64,000 nucleotides of DNA from Candidatus Brocadiia bacterium (GTDB taxonomy: Bacteria > Planctomycetota > Brocadiia > CAIUPP01), in NCBI GenBank assembly GCA_050015075.1, contig JBEKCB010000008.1, forward strand, positions 89,743-153,742, in the 5' to 3' direction. The position numbers and the translations under genes are program-made. A model generated the notes under the pieces. The model made no database searches, had not been told where the DNA came from, and was given only the letters and a program-made list of their open reading frames with translations. Position 1 is the first letter of the stretch; the number at the start of each line of letters is the position of its first letter. Shown piece after piece: positions 1 through 11,713 of this stretch.

Positions 1-678
1 AGCCTCGCCGGCGCCAAGTTCGGCGAGAGCCGCGAACTCAAGGTCAAGTTCCTCGACAGCTACCCCGTCGAGAAATGGCGCGGCAAGGACGGCACGCTCA
101 CCGTGGAAGTCAAAGAAGTCCGCCGCCCCGTCGCGCCCGAGCTTAACGAGGAATTCGCCAAGGCGATGGATTTCGACTCGCTCGCGGACCTGAAGAAGGC
201 CGTCCAGCACAGCATCACTCAGAGCAAAGAGCGCGAGGCTTCCCTCGCTCTCGAGCAGCAGCTCTTCGACCAGCTCCTGGCCGCCGCCCCGTTCGAGTTG
301 CCGCAGGGGGTGCTCAAGGCCCAGGCGCGCAACATCATGCTGCGCCAGCAGTACCGCCTGCGCCAGCGCGGCGTGCCGGCCGAGGAAATCGAAAAACACA
401 TGGACGACCTGCGCAACGTCTCCGAAGAGTCCGCCGCGCGCAACCTCAAGATCTACTTCATCCTCGACCGCATCGCCGAGAAGGAAAAAATCTTCGTGAC
501 CGAGGAGGAAGTCGAGGGCCGCATCGCCGCCATGGCCGGCAGTTACAACCTGACCCCGCAGCGCATGCGCGCCCAGATCGAACAGGAAGGCTCCCTCTCC
601 GAACTCCGCGGCGGCCTGCGTGAAAACAAGGTGGTGGACTTCCTCCTCAAGAGCGCCAAGATCGAGGAGGCGAAATGA
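1..678 (+). CDS. tig: Trigger factor, C-terminal part (5' end outside window)
   Basis: Frame open from base 1 ([17 protein letters not shown]...); [19 protein letters not shown] and [18 protein letters not shown] motifs; canonical tig-clpP-clpX order. Confidence 0.93.
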   Translation, partial: SLAGAKFGESRELKVKFLDSYPVEKWRGKDGTLTVEVKEVRRPVAPELNEEFAKAMDFDSLADLKKAVQHSITQSKEREASLALEQQLFDQLLAAAPFELPQGVLKAQARNIMLRQQYRLRQRGVPAEEIEKHMDDLRNVSEESAARNLKIYFILDRIAEKEKIFVTEEEVEGRIAAMAGSYNLTPQRMRAQIEQEGSLSELRGGLRENKVVDFLLKSAKIEEAK

Positions 679-1319
679 TGAACATCGAGCAGATCCTCCG
701 CGAGCGCGCCGAGCGCGAGGCGCTCCAGTCCTCGCTCGTGCCCACGGTCATCGAGCGCACCGGCCGCGGCGAGCGCGCGTACGACATCTTCAGCCGCCTC
801 CTCAAGGACCGCATCATCTTCATCGGCTCGGTGATTGACGACATTGACGCCAACCTCATCGTCGCGCAGATGCTCTTCCTCCAGAACGAGAACAAGAGCT
901 CCGAGATCAGCCTCTACGTGAACTCGTTCGGCGGCTCGGTCACCGCCGGCCTGGCGATCTACGACACCATGCAGTTCGTCCAGTGCGACGTGGCCACCTA
1001 CTGCATCGGCCAGGCCGTCAGCCTGGCGGCCATCCTGCTCGCCGCCGGCTCCAAGGGCAAGCGCTACGCCCTGCCGCACAGCCGCATCATGCTCCATCAG
1101 CCGTGGGGCGGCACGCGCGGCACCGCCGCCGACATCAGCATCCAGGCCGAGGAGATCATGCGCCTGAAGAAGCACCTCAACGAGATCCTCGCCAGCCACA
1201 CCGGCCAGCAACTCGAACGCATCGAGGCCGATACCGACCGCGATTTCTACATGGGCGCGCAGGAAGCCAAGGCGTACGGCCTGGTGGACGAAGTGCTCAC
1301 GACGCTCAAGCAGAGATAA
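675..1319 (+). CDS. clpP: ATP-dependent Clp protease proteolytic subunit
   Basis: [35 protein letters not shown] (His), DRDFYM (Asp); start overlaps tig stop. Confidence 0.97.
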   Translation: MMNIEQILRERAEREALQSSLVPTVIERTGRGERAYDIFSRLLKDRIIFIGSVIDDIDANLIVAQMLFLQNENKSSEISLYVNSFGGSVTAGLAIYDTMQFVQCDVATYCIGQAVSLAAILLAAGSKGKRYALPHSRIMLHQPWGGTRGTAADISIQAEEIMRLKKHLNEILASHTGQQLERIEADTDRDFYMGAQEAKAYGLVDEVLTTLKQR

Positions 1320-1386
1320 TTCCGGCCGCGAAGAAGCGGTCCGCTTTCAGTCTCAACGGAGCGCGCGCGGCTGTCGGGAAAACGCC

Positions 1387-2691
<1,305 letters not shown>

Positions 2692-2826
2692 GACGGGCGG
2701 CGCGCGACTGGCGATAAGCGATTGAGGATTGGGGCGTCGAAGCGCGAGGAACTCGCAGGTCGGTTCGTAGAGGTTGGGCGAATGCCGACCGACATAAGCT
2801 GCACTGGTTTCTCCTTGCGGCGGCGG

Positions 2827-3813
2827 ATGCAGACAGCGACGAGGCTCCTCTCGCTGTTTATGCTGGCGGCATCCGCGGGCTTGGCTGCCGAACCACCGGC
2901 CGTCACGCGTGATGACGCGGCTCCAATGTACCTGGAGGCTTTCGTCAACCTCCCGGAGTACTTCGAGCCCCGCGCCCGCGAGGAGGATTCGCTCCCGCTT
3001 GTAGGCGATGGCCGATTGCCGGCTTTGGGGAAGCCGATGGCTGAGGATCAGAGGCAAGCCATCGCAAAGTACCTGGAGGTCAACGCGAAGTGTCTGGCAT
3101 TGCTGCACGAGGCGGGTGCGCTGAAAGAGTGCCGTTGGCCGGACAAGTATAAGGAGACATCGCAGCGCTTTCAGGCCATTATGTCAGGAGCACGCCAAGG
3201 TGCGCGGCTGCTGGAGCTCGAGGCAATCGTTCAGGCCGAGACGGGCAAGAGCGAACTCGCAGCACGGGCGGTCCAGGACAGCTTCGTGATGGCGAAACGC
3301 TTGGAGGACATCGATCCGCCTTTGGGCATCATGGTCCGGGATGCGTGCGAACAGCTGACTGCCGGGGCACTTGAACGCGTTCTGAATCGCGTGCAGATTT
3401 CCGAGGCGGACCTCTCCGCTCTTGCTCAGTCTGTGGCCGCAGCGGACTTGTCCGTCGCACTTCCAGCCAGCGAATTTGACAACGATCCGCATTTGAAAGG
3501 GAGAGGCATCGGCCTTTGGCATACTTGGTTGCGCAATGCTCAAGCTGCGATCGCCGTCGAGCGCTTTCGAGCCGCTGAGGGAAAGCTGCCGGTGGGCCTG
3601 GACGCTCTAGTTCCGCGTTTCCTCTCGGCGGTCCCGATAGATCCCTTTGACGGCCAACCGCTGCGCTACCGGCAGACTGAAGTTAGATATGTCGTTTACA
3701 GCGTAGGCCCGAGCAAGACTGACCAAGGCGGGCGCTGGGATAACCCGACAGGGTGGGTTGGCGAAACAGGCAACCTTCCGTTCAGGGTTGAGCGGGAAGC
3801 GACGCATAAATAG
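2827..3813 (+). CDS. Secreted hypothetical protein with C-terminal GspG-like motif
   Basis: Signal-like N-terminus; C-terminal GKLPVGLDALVPRFLSAVPIDPFDGQPLRY...YSVGP motif; similar to 48656..49969. Confidence 0.7.
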   Translation: MQTATRLLSLFMLAASAGLAAEPPAVTRDDAAPMYLEAFVNLPEYFEPRAREEDSLPLVGDGRLPALGKPMAEDQRQAIAKYLEVNAKCLALLHEAGALKECRWPDKYKETSQRFQAIMSGARQGARLLELEAIVQAETGKSELAARAVQDSFVMAKRLEDIDPPLGIMVRDACEQLTAGALERVLNRVQISEADLSALAQSVAAADLSVALPASEFDNDPHLKGRGIGLWHTWLRNAQAAIAVERFRAAEGKLPVGLDALVPRFLSAVPIDPFDGQPLRYRQTEVRYVVYSVGPSKTDQGGRWDNPTGWVGETGNLPFRVEREATHK

Positions 3814-3894
3814 GAAAAACTGAGGCCGCTAATCTGCAAGAGGGATAGAGCCGGCCATTGCCCCGATTACCAATCCGTGCTCTGCACTCCGCGC

Positions 3895-4536
3895 TCACTG
3901 CTCCCGTTTCCGCCCGATCCGATTCTCCGTTCCCTGGACGAGCCGACCGATGTTCGCGCGGTGGCGGACGATGCTCAGGACGGCGGCGACGGCGGCGAGC
4001 GCGGTGAGGAATTTGCCGGCTCCGAACGGGTCGCGGCCGAGGAGCAGCGCGCAGGCGAGGAGCGTCGCGGCGGCGACCATCGAGCCGACCGAGACGTAGC
4101 GCGTGAGCGCCACCACCGCCGCCCACACGCCCACCGCGATCAGCAGCCCGAGCGGGAAGACGGCGAGGAACACGCCGCAGCTCGTCGCCATGCCCTTGCC
4201 GCCCTTGAATTTCAGGAAGACCGGCCAGTTGTGCCCGGCCACGGCGGCAAAGCCGGCCAGCGCGACTCCGAGCGGGAGCTCCGGCTCGCCGATGCGGCAG
4301 CCGTGCAAGAGAAGAGCCGCAAGCGTCGGCAAGAATCCCTTCAGCACGTCCAGCGCGAAGACGAGGATTCCCCACTTGCGGCCGAGCGCGCGGCCGACGT
4401 TCGTCGCGCCCACGTTGCCGCTGCCGACCTCACGAATGTCAATCCCGCGCACGGCCTTCGCGATGAGATACGCGAACGGCACCGAGCCGAGCAGATAGGC
4501 GCAGAGAATGAGCGGAATGTCCCAGGCCTGAATCAC
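3895..4536 (-). CDS. plsY: Glycerol-3-phosphate 1-O-acyltransferase
   Basis: YLLGSVPF, DIREVGSGNVGATNV, GHNWPVFLKFKGGKGMAT, RHRANIGRLVQGTE; GTG start chosen for GAGGGAG RBS. Confidence 0.95.
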   Translation of the reverse strand: MIQAWDIPLILCAYLLGSVPFAYLIAKAVRGIDIREVGSGNVGATNVGRALGRKWGILVFALDVLKGFLPTLAALLLHGCRIGEPELPLGVALAGFAAVAGHNWPVFLKFKGGKGMATSCGVFLAVFPLGLLIAVGVWAAVVALTRYVSVGSMVAAATLLACALLLGRDPFGAGKFLTALAAVAAVLSIVRHRANIGRLVQGTENRIGRKREQ

Positions 4537-4625
4537 CGTATCGGTCTCCCTCAGCCCGGCGAATAAAGCGGTCAACTGAAACGAGTAATTCTAGCCGCGC
4601 TGTCCTGCGGTTATCAAGACCAAGC

Positions 4626-5384
4626 TCAGTAGCGGTCCCACTGCCAGAACCTGAGCCGGCATTCACGCCCTTCCGCAGCCAGCGCTGCGCTGTACGCCGG
4701 ATCAGGGTGAAGCGCCGTGAGCGACCACTGTCCTGCTTGCCCGGGGTCGCCCTGAATCGCGAGAATCGCCGCAGGTTCGCACGGCGCCAGAGACACCGCG
4801 ACGTTCTTCAACGGGAAGGAAAGTCCTATGCCGATTGCCTTGAGGTACGCCTCCTTCCGCGTCCAGCAGTTGAAGAAGCCCTTTTGCCGCTGGTCGGCGG
4901 GCAGGGCCAGAAACGCCTTCAACTCGGCTTCCGCGAAGAAGCGCTTGGCCATCCTTTCGCACGGCACATCGGAGCGCACGCGCTCCAGGTCAATGCCGAC
5001 CTGCCTCCGGCGCGCCACGGCGAAGATCGCCAGCCCGTAGGAGTCCGACATGTTGAAGCTGATCCCCTCTCCGCCGCATTCGGGCGCGACGGCCGGCTTT
5101 CCGTGAGGCCCATAATTGAATTGCACTCGCTCGGGTTCCACGTGGAGATATCGGCCGAGAATCCCACGCAGAATCGCGCGCCCCACGATGAATTGCTCCC
5201 GGACTTCCTGGAGGGAAAACCGCGCCGCCTTACTCCGCTCGTCCTCGGACAGCAGTTGCAGGAGGCTCGGGATTTTCGACGCTTCGCGGCGAAGCGAGGC
5301 GCGCCAGACGTGGACTTCGCTCTCGTCCGGAACCGGGTTATCAGGAGGCGGAGTCCACTGGTATTGCGATGAGGTGTCGCTCAT
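4626..5384 (-). CDS. Sfp-type 4'-phosphopantetheinyl transferase
   Basis: YGPHGKP, FNMSDS, VGIDLE, WTRKEAYLKAIGIGL; start overlaps NRPS stop (ATGA). Confidence 0.93.
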   Translation of the reverse strand: MSDTSSQYQWTPPPDNPVPDESEVHVWRASLRREASKIPSLLQLLSEDERSKAARFSLQEVREQFIVGRAILRGILGRYLHVEPERVQFNYGPHGKPAVAPECGGEGISFNMSDSYGLAIFAVARRRQVGIDLERVRSDVPCERMAKRFFAEAELKAFLALPADQRQKGFFNCWTRKEAYLKAIGIGLSFPLKNVAVSLAPCEPAAILAIQGDPGQAGQWSLTALHPDPAYSAALAAEGRECRLRFWQWDRY

Positions 5385-8300
5385 GTCCTCGGGCCGCGAG
5401 CGGATGTTTGCGCCTCCTCGAGGTGGGCCTTGAAATATCCCGCGAGGACGCGCACGTTCGGCTCGCTCAGGATCAGCTCGTGCACTCCTGGGACAGAGTA
5501 CACCTCTGCGCCGCCGGTGGCGAGTTCGCGCCAGGCCAGTCTCGCTCCATGTCTCAGGCGCGGCGTGGTTTCATTCGCCAGGAACAGGATCAGGCGGCCC
5601 TGGTAAAGCTTCGGCCTGTACCATCGCCCGGCGCGCCCGCCGGCGCGGAGCAGGGTCCGGGAGTATGCCGCCAATTGCCGCAGGTATTTGTTCAGTCCCC
5701 GCGCGGCTTCCACGCGCGCGGCGCGGCCCGCGGCGAGTCGCCGGACGTAGGCCGCCTGCCCATCCAACGTAAGCTGCGAAAGGTTGCGCAGGTGCTTTGC
5801 GCCGCGCTGAAACTGTTGCGCGATGAATCCCGGCTCGGGCCGCGCGAGTTGACGGACATAGGCCGCCTGCCCGTCCGACTGAGGCTGCGAAAGGTCGCGC
5901 ACGTCTCCTGAGCCGCGCCGAACGCGACGCTCGATGAATCCCCAGCCGGGGCACAAGCTCGCGTAATTCAACCATCGCGCCGGAGGGCTGAAGGTGTCCA
6001 GCAGCGCCAGGAAGGCGACCTCGTCGCCGCGCGCTTTGAGTTGTTGCGCCATCTCGTACGCCACCACTCCTCCGGTGCACATCCCGCACAGGAAGTACGG
6101 CCCCTTCGGCTGGACCTTTCGCACCTCTTCCAGATAGCGGGCCGCCAGAGACTCGATCGAGACGCGCGGCTTGCGCGAGCGGGGCAGGCCCAACGGATGC
6201 AGCCCGTAACAGGGCTGCTCGGGCCCCAGGCGGCGCGCCAGGTGGACGAAGATGCCCGCATTCAGCGTTTCCACGCAGAAGAGAGGCGGCCTCGATCCCT
6301 TGGCCTGAATCCCGGTGATGAAGGTTCCCGGCTCGTCTCGGCCGTCCCGTCTGAGAGCCGCGGCGAGTTGCTCGATCGTGGGCGCTTGCAGCAGCAGCGG
6401 GAGCGGCAGGCTTTTCCCGAAAACCTCTTCAATCTCCGCGAAGAGCCGCGCCGCCGCGAGGGAATGCCCGCCCAACTCGAAAAAGTTGTCCTGCACCCCG
6501 ATCGGTTCCACGCCGAGAACGTTTCCCCATATCCGGGCCAGCCGCTCTTCCACCGCGTTCCGCGGCGCCAGGCACACGCTGTCCAACGCAGGCCGCTCGG
6601 GCGGAGGCTCGGGAAGCGCCAGGCGGTCCACCTTTCCGTTGGGCGTGAGCGGGATGGAATCCATCGGGGTGAACGTCGTTGGGACCATGTAATCCGGTAG
6701 TATCTTCTCCAGGAAACGCTGTAGTTCAGTTATTGAAGGTGTCCGCAGTTGCTTCGCGGTCACGTAGGCTGCGAGAGATTTGCTTCCCGGAATATCTTCC
6801 CGGGCTATTACCACGGCTTCTTTCACCGCAGGATGGCGGGAGAGGGCCGCTTCAATCTCGCCTAACTCGACGCGAAAGCCGCGGATCTTGACCTGATGAT
6901 CCAATCGGCCGATGAATTCGATATCCCCGATCGGGAGGTAACGCGCCAGGTCACCCGTCTTGTACAGGCGCGCGTCCTGTTCATTACTGAATGGGTGGCG
7001 AATGAACCGCTCGGCGGACAACTCCGGCTGATTGAGGTAACCGCGTGCAAGACCGGGGCCGCCGATGCATAGCTCGCCCGCGACTCCGATCGGGACCGGG
7101 TTCAGGTTACCGTCGAGAATGTAGGCCGTCGTGTTGGCGATCGGCCTGCCGATCGGGACAGTCCTCATCCCGTCCTGGACGCGCTCCACGAGATTCCAAG
7201 TGGCAAAGGTGGTCGCTTCGGTGGGGCCGTAAACATGGAGTAATCGCTCAGGCGGCGACCGACGGAGGACCTCCGCCACCGACTGGGGATCCGCGGCCTC
7301 TCCGCCAAACAGCATCACGCGCAGGCGGCCAAAGAGCGAGGGCATCTCGCGGGCGTATTCGTTGAAGAGCGCGGTCGTGAGGAACAGGACGTTGATCCCT
7401 TGGCGGCCGACGAGCGCGTCCAGCTCGCGCGGCACAAGCAGCGCCTGTTTCGGCACAATCACGAGTCGGCCGCCGTTCAGGAGCGCACCCCAGATTTCGA
7501 ACGTCGCCGCGTCGAAGGAGCTGTTCGAGGCCTGGGCCATGACCGAGGAGGCGTCCAGCCGTACATAGTCCGTATTCATGACCAAGCGCACGACGGCGCG
7601 GTGCGGCACGGCTACGCCCTTGGGCTGCCCAGTGGAACCGGACGTGTAGATCACGTACGCGAGGTCGTCCGGCTCGACGGCCGCGTCGGGGTTTATCTCA
7701 GGACCCGCCGCGGCGTCTTCCTCTTCGAGGTGGACCACGGTGACCTTCGAAGTCGGCACTGCTTCCGACAGCCGCTGCGAAGCGAGCAGGATGGACGCGC
7801 CGGCGTCCTCGATCATGAACGCCAGGCGATCCTTCGGAAACGAGGGATCCAGCGGCACGTAGGCCGCCCCTGCCTTGAGGATCGCCAGGAGGGCAGCCAG
7901 CATCTCGGACGAGGGCTCGGCGTAAATGCACACCATCGCGCCCGGCTGGACGCCGAGGGCCTGCAGACGACGGGCCAGGCGGTTCGCGCGGGCGTTGAGC
8001 TCGGAATACGTCCACTGCGCGTCGGCGTCCACGATGGCCACGGCCCCGGGCGTCCGCGCCACCTGCTCCTCGAAAAGCTGGTGCACACACTTGTCCTTCG
8101 GATAGTCCGTCGCTGTTCGGTTCCAGTCTGTCAAGACCTGCTGTCGTTCTGGCCCTGTCAAAAGCGGCAACTCGGAAATCCTTCGGCCCGCGCCGTCGGC
8201 GGCGAGAGCTATCAGCAGAGCGCGGAAATGCCCCAGCATACGGTCCATCGCCGGCGCGTCGAAGAGCGCGGGGTTGTAGGTCATCGAGCAATGAAGCCCG

Positions 8301-11300
8301 CCCTCCTTCGGTTCGACGCACAGGTGCGCATCGAACTGCGCCGTCTGCGGCTCGAGCTCGAGCCGCTCCAGCCGAAGCGGCCCGTCCGCCGCCTGTTCGT
8401 CCGGCAGGTTGAGGAATTCGAAGACGATCTGAATGAGCGGCAGGCAGCCCTGCTCGCGCGCGGGGCGGGTCGCTTCCACCACTTTCTCGAACGGGACGTC
8501 CTGATGCTCGAGCGCGCCGAGGACCGTGCGGTGGACGCGCCGCAGCAGCTCTCGAAACGTGACTTCGCCGGAAAGGTCCGTGCGCAGCGCGAGCATGTTG
8601 ACGAAGCAACCGATGAGGCCTTCGAGCTCTGTGCGGTTTCGGCCGGCGATCGGCGTTCCGACGACGATATCCGTCTGCATCGTGTAACGATGCAGCAAGA
8701 CCTTGAATACCGCGACGAGCGCCACGAACAGTGAGACGCCTTCGCGGCGACTCAATTCCTCCAGGCGTCGAAGCAGGCTGCCGGGCAGATCAAGGTTGCG
8801 CTGTGCGCTCAAGAACGTCCGCGCGCCCTTCCGCGCGTGTCCCCGGCCCAGGGCGCACGACGGCGGCGCACTTTTGAGATTGCGCTTCCAATACTCGATC
8901 TGCCGGGCGAAAAGCGGGCTGGCTTCGAGTTCCTGTTGCCAAAGCGCATAGTCGGCGTATTGAAGCGGCAACGGCGGCAGAGGTGACGGCGCTCCGCGAC
9001 TGAACGCCGCATAGAGTACGGAAAGTTCCCTTCGCAGAATGACCTCGGACCACGCGTCGGAGACGATGTGGTGGAGCGTCAGCGTGAGCACATGGTCGTC
9101 GGGCGACAGGCGGAGCAGCTTCGCGCGCATCGGCGGGCCCTGGGCGAGGTCGAAACGCCGCCGCGCGTCCTCGCGGTGTGACCGCAGCGCCTCGGCGACG
9201 GAACCGTCGGCGGCGTCGCTTCGAGTCAACGGCACGTCCATGTCTGAAACCGGGCGCTGCGTGGACCGGCCGTTCTCGGTGCGGTACACCGTCCTGAGCA
9301 GCGCGTGGCGGCGGACCAACTCGTGGAGGCTTCGCTCCAGCGCGGGAATGTCCACGGTCCCGCGCAACCGGTACGCGAAAAGGACATTGCACAAAGAGGC
9401 GTCGGGTTCGTATTCGTGGAAGAACCACCAGCTTTGCTGCGGGTAGGAGAGTGGCATCGCGCCCTCGGAGCCGTTCCGCCGCAGCGGCGGAATCCCCGGG
9501 CTGGCGTCAAGGCGCCGCGCTTTCTCGATCTGCTCCGCCATCCCGGCGATCGTCGAGACCTCGTCGAGCAGGCTGATGAGCGAAAGCTCCACCGCGAACT
9601 TGTCCCAAATGCGGGAGACCAGTTGCGCCGCCAGGATCGAGTCGCCGCCCAAGTGCAAGAACACGTCGTGGATGCCGATGCGCTCCAGACACAGGATTCC
9701 GGCCCACAACTGCGCCAGTTCGCGTTCCAGCGGAGTCCTCGGCGCGACGTACTCCACCTTGAGGTCGTGCAATTCTTCCGGCTCGCCCTTCAGCCCGAGC
9801 CGATCGGCCAAGCCGATACGTTGGATTTTTCCCGTCGGCCCTTTCGGCACGTCCTGCACGATAAGTACCCGCCGCGGCACTTTGAAGGCCGCGAGGCATG
9901 CGCCCGCGAACTCGCGGATTTCCCGTTCCGAGGCGACGGCGTTCGGCTTGAGCACCACGGCTGCAGCAACGTCCTCGCCCAGCCGCGCATCGGGCATGGC
10001 GAACGTCACCGCCTGTAAGATCGCCGGATGGCCGATCAGCGCCTCGTCCACTTCTCGCGGCGAAATCTTCTCACCGCCCCGGTTGATCAGCTCCTTGAGG
10101 CGCCCGGTAATGAAAAGATATCCCTCCGGGTCCAGATAGCCCTGGTCGCCCGTCCGGAACCAGCCTTGAGTGAACGCGGACTCGTTGGCGCTCGGATTGT
10201 TCTCGTAGCCTTTTGTGAGGTTCTCGCCGCGCAGGACGATTTCCCCGGTTTGGCCCTGAGCGAGCAGCCGTCCAGCTTCGTCCATGATCGCGACCTCGGA
10301 TCCCGTCACGAGGCCGACCGAGCCCGGTTTGCGCGTGGCTGGCGGAAGCGGATTGCCGGCAATCTGGTGAGACGCCTCCGTCATGCCGTACGCTTCGACC
10401 ACCGGCGCGCGGAAGACGGCCTCCAGGTCCGCGATCACTTTCGGAGCCAGCGCGGCGGAGGACGAGCGGATGAATCGCAGCGGGCAATTGGCGATGGTCG
10501 CGCGGTGCGCAGCAGACTGCACCAGGATGGATTGGTGCATCGTCGGCACGGCGGTGTACCAAGTCGGGTGGAATTCCGCGATCCACTCGAAGAATCTCGG
10601 CGCGATGAACCCCGGCGCGCAGACCACGCTTGCGCCCGCCCGAAGCGATGCGAGCAAGCTAGCCACGATGCCGTGAATGTGGAACAGCGGCATGACGTTC
10701 AGGCAGCGGTCGCTCTTGATAAGCCCCAGCGCCCTGCCCACGTTTCCGGCGGAGGCGCAGAGACTCCGATGGGTCAGCGGAACGCGTTTCGGCCGAGAGG
10801 CCGTTCCCGAAGTGTAAAGGACAAGGGCGACGTCCTCCGGGACGCACCATTCGCCGGTCGCCGACGGTCGCGCGTCCCGGGCGTTGAGCGTGAAGATCCC
10901 CGCGCCTTCTTCGAGCACCGGCGAAAGCTCAATGACCGGAACGCCGCGTCGCTCGGCCGCTTCGGTCGCTGCCGACTTCGCGCCCGACTCAAGGATCAAC
11001 GCCTTCGGGGCCAGGTCAGCGAGGCAGAAATCGAATTCCTGGACGCCGTAGCTCGGATTGAGGGGGCAAGCTGTCGCGCAGGAAACCACGCTCAGGAAAG
11101 CCGTGGCCATCTCCGGGCCGTTGGGCAGCACGATGGCCACGCGATCGCCGCGACCGATTCCAAGCGACCGGAACTTCCGAGCGGTGTCGCGGACGTGCGT
11201 GTGCAAACCTGCGTACGTCAGCGGGCCGCGTGCCGGGCCCAGCAACGAGACAGCCTCGGGCGAACGGCGAGCTTGCTCCGCGACAAGATCCAGTATCGAC

Positions 11301-11356
11301 ATGCAAGTGCCCGCCTGTATGACGCTTGGATCTGCGTCGGCAATTAATCCTGCCAT
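5381..11356 (-). CDS. Nonribosomal peptide synthetase: acyl-adenylating domain (oxalate-CoA-ligase-like)-T-C-A-T-TE
   Basis: YTSGTASRPK, TWYTAVPTMHQ, EAYGMTEASHQ; T LGGDSIL; C HHIVSDAWS; A YTSGSTGQPKG, YGPTE, LYKTGDL; T LGGHSL; TE GMCTGG; alternative start at 11302. Confidence 0.93.
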   Translation of the reverse strand: MAGLIADADPSVIQAGTCMSILDLVAEQARRSPEAVSLLGPARGPLTYAGLHTHVRDTARKFRSLGIGRGDRVAIVLPNGPEMATAFLSVVSCATACPLNPSYGVQEFDFCLADLAPKALILESGAKSAATEAAERRGVPVIELSPVLEEGAGIFTLNARDARPSATGEWCVPEDVALVLYTSGTASRPKRVPLTHRSLCASAGNVGRALGLIKSDRCLNVMPLFHIHGIVASLLASLRAGASVVCAPGFIAPRFFEWIAEFHPTWYTAVPTMHQSILVQSAAHRATIANCPLRFIRSSSAALAPKVIADLEAVFRAPVVEAYGMTEASHQIAGNPLPPATRKPGSVGLVTGSEVAIMDEAGRLLAQGQTGEIVLRGENLTKGYENNPSANESAFTQGWFRTGDQGYLDPEGYLFITGRLKELINRGGEKISPREVDEALIGHPAILQAVTFAMPDARLGEDVAAAVVLKPNAVASEREIREFAGACLAAFKVPRRVLIVQDVPKGPTGKIQRIGLADRLGLKGEPEELHDLKVEYVAPRTPLERELAQLWAGILCLERIGIHDVFLHLGGDSILAAQLVSRIWDKFAVELSLISLLDEVSTIAGMAEQIEKARRLDASPGIPPLRRNGSEGAMPLSYPQQSWWFFHEYEPDASLCNVLFAYRLRGTVDIPALERSLHELVRRHALLRTVYRTENGRSTQRPVSDMDVPLTRSDAADGSVAEALRSHREDARRRFDLAQGPPMRAKLLRLSPDDHVLTLTLHHIVSDAWSEVILRRELSVLYAAFSRGAPSPLPPLPLQYADYALWQQELEASPLFARQIEYWKRNLKSAPPSCALGRGHARKGARTFLSAQRNLDLPGSLLRRLEELSRREGVSLFVALVAVFKVLLHRYTMQTDIVVGTPIAGRNRTELEGLIGCFVNMLALRTDLSGEVTFRELLRRVHRTVLGALEHQDVPFEKVVEATRPAREQGCLPLIQIVFEFLNLPDEQAADGPLRLERLELEPQTAQFDAHLCVEPKEGGLHCSMTYNPALFDAPAMDRMLGHFRALLIALAADGAGRRISELPLLTGPERQQVLTDWNRTATDYPKDKCVHQLFEEQVARTPGAVAIVDADAQWTYSELNARANRLARRLQALGVQPGAMVCIYAEPSSEMLAALLAILKAGAAYVPLDPSFPKDRLAFMIEDAGASILLASQRLSEAVPTSKVTVVHLEEEDAAAGPEINPDAAVEPDDLAYVIYTSGSTGQPKGVAVPHRAVVRLVMNTDYVRLDASSVMAQASNSSFDAATFEIWGALLNGGRLVIVPKQALLVPRELDALVGRQGINVLFLTTALFNEYAREMPSLFGRLRVMLFGGEAADPQSVAEVLRRSPPERLLHVYGPTEATTFATWNLVERVQDGMRTVPIGRPIANTTAYILDGNLNPVPIGVAGELCIGGPGLARGYLNQPELSAERFIRHPFSNEQDARLYKTGDLARYLPIGDIEFIGRLDHQVKIRGFRVELGEIEAALSRHPAVKEAVVIAREDIPGSKSLAAYVTAKQLRTPSITELQRFLEKILPDYMVPTTFTPMDSIPLTPNGKVDRLALPEPPPERPALDSVCLAPRNAVEERLARIWGNVLGVEPIGVQDNFFELGGHSLAAARLFAEIEEVFGKSLPLPLLLQAPTIEQLAAALRRDGRDEPGTFITGIQAKGSRPPLFCVETLNAGIFVHLARRLGPEQPCYGLHPLGLPRSRKPRVSIESLAARYLEEVRKVQPKGPYFLCGMCTGGVVAYEMAQQLKARGDEVAFLALLDTFSPPARWLNYASLCPGWGFIERRVRRGSGDVRDLSQPQSDGQAAYVRQLARPEPGFIAQQFQRGAKHLRNLSQLTLDGQAAYVRRLAAGRAARVEAARGLNKYLRQLAAYSRTLLRAGGRAGRWYRPKLYQGRLILFLANETTPRLRHGARLAWRELATGGAEVYSVPGVHELILSEPNVRVLAGYFKAHLEEAQTSARGPRT

Positions 11357-11517
11357 ATTCGCTTAGACATGCGGCCGCCCTCCACACAGCGGTCAGGCGG
11401 CAAGTGTCATACTCTGACGACCGAGTTCACTCCCTTTAACCAGGATTTATCAAATACCTGCCCTCCACGCGACCGGCGGGCAAGCCGTCCACATGACGGT
11501 CAGCCATCGAGGATCGT

Positions 11518-11546
11518 ATTCTGATCGTCAAAATCCCCCTTGTCAA
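11518..11546 (-). promoter_or_regulatory. Putative sigma70 promoter for NRPS operon
   Basis: TTGACA-N17-CAGAAT on minus strand. Confidence 0.45.
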
Positions 11547-11586
11547 TTCAACCACAGTGACAAAGGCACGGCTAGCTTCGTTGCCT

Positions 11587-11682
11587 TGTTCTGGAAGACG
11601 ATACGCCCACGCGCGCCCCTCGCGCGCATGAATGGAAAGAGGAGCCGGAGCGGTTTGTCGTAGGTACGGGATGGCCAGACAT
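11587..11682. repeat. Dispersed repeat of about 96 bp, copy 1
   Basis: tgttctggaagacgatacgcccacgcgcgcccctcgcgcgc...ggaaagaggagccggagcggtttgtcgtagg...tggccagacat; near-identical at 60814 and 63290. Confidence 0.92.
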
Positions 11683-11713
11683 GTTTGGACCTCCGGCCGT
11701 ATAGACTACGGTA

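Noticed and set aside
900-1040. ClpP deviations ([13 protein letters not shown]) as a sign of an inactive subunit
   Set aside because: Catalytic Ser, His and Asp positions all appear retained
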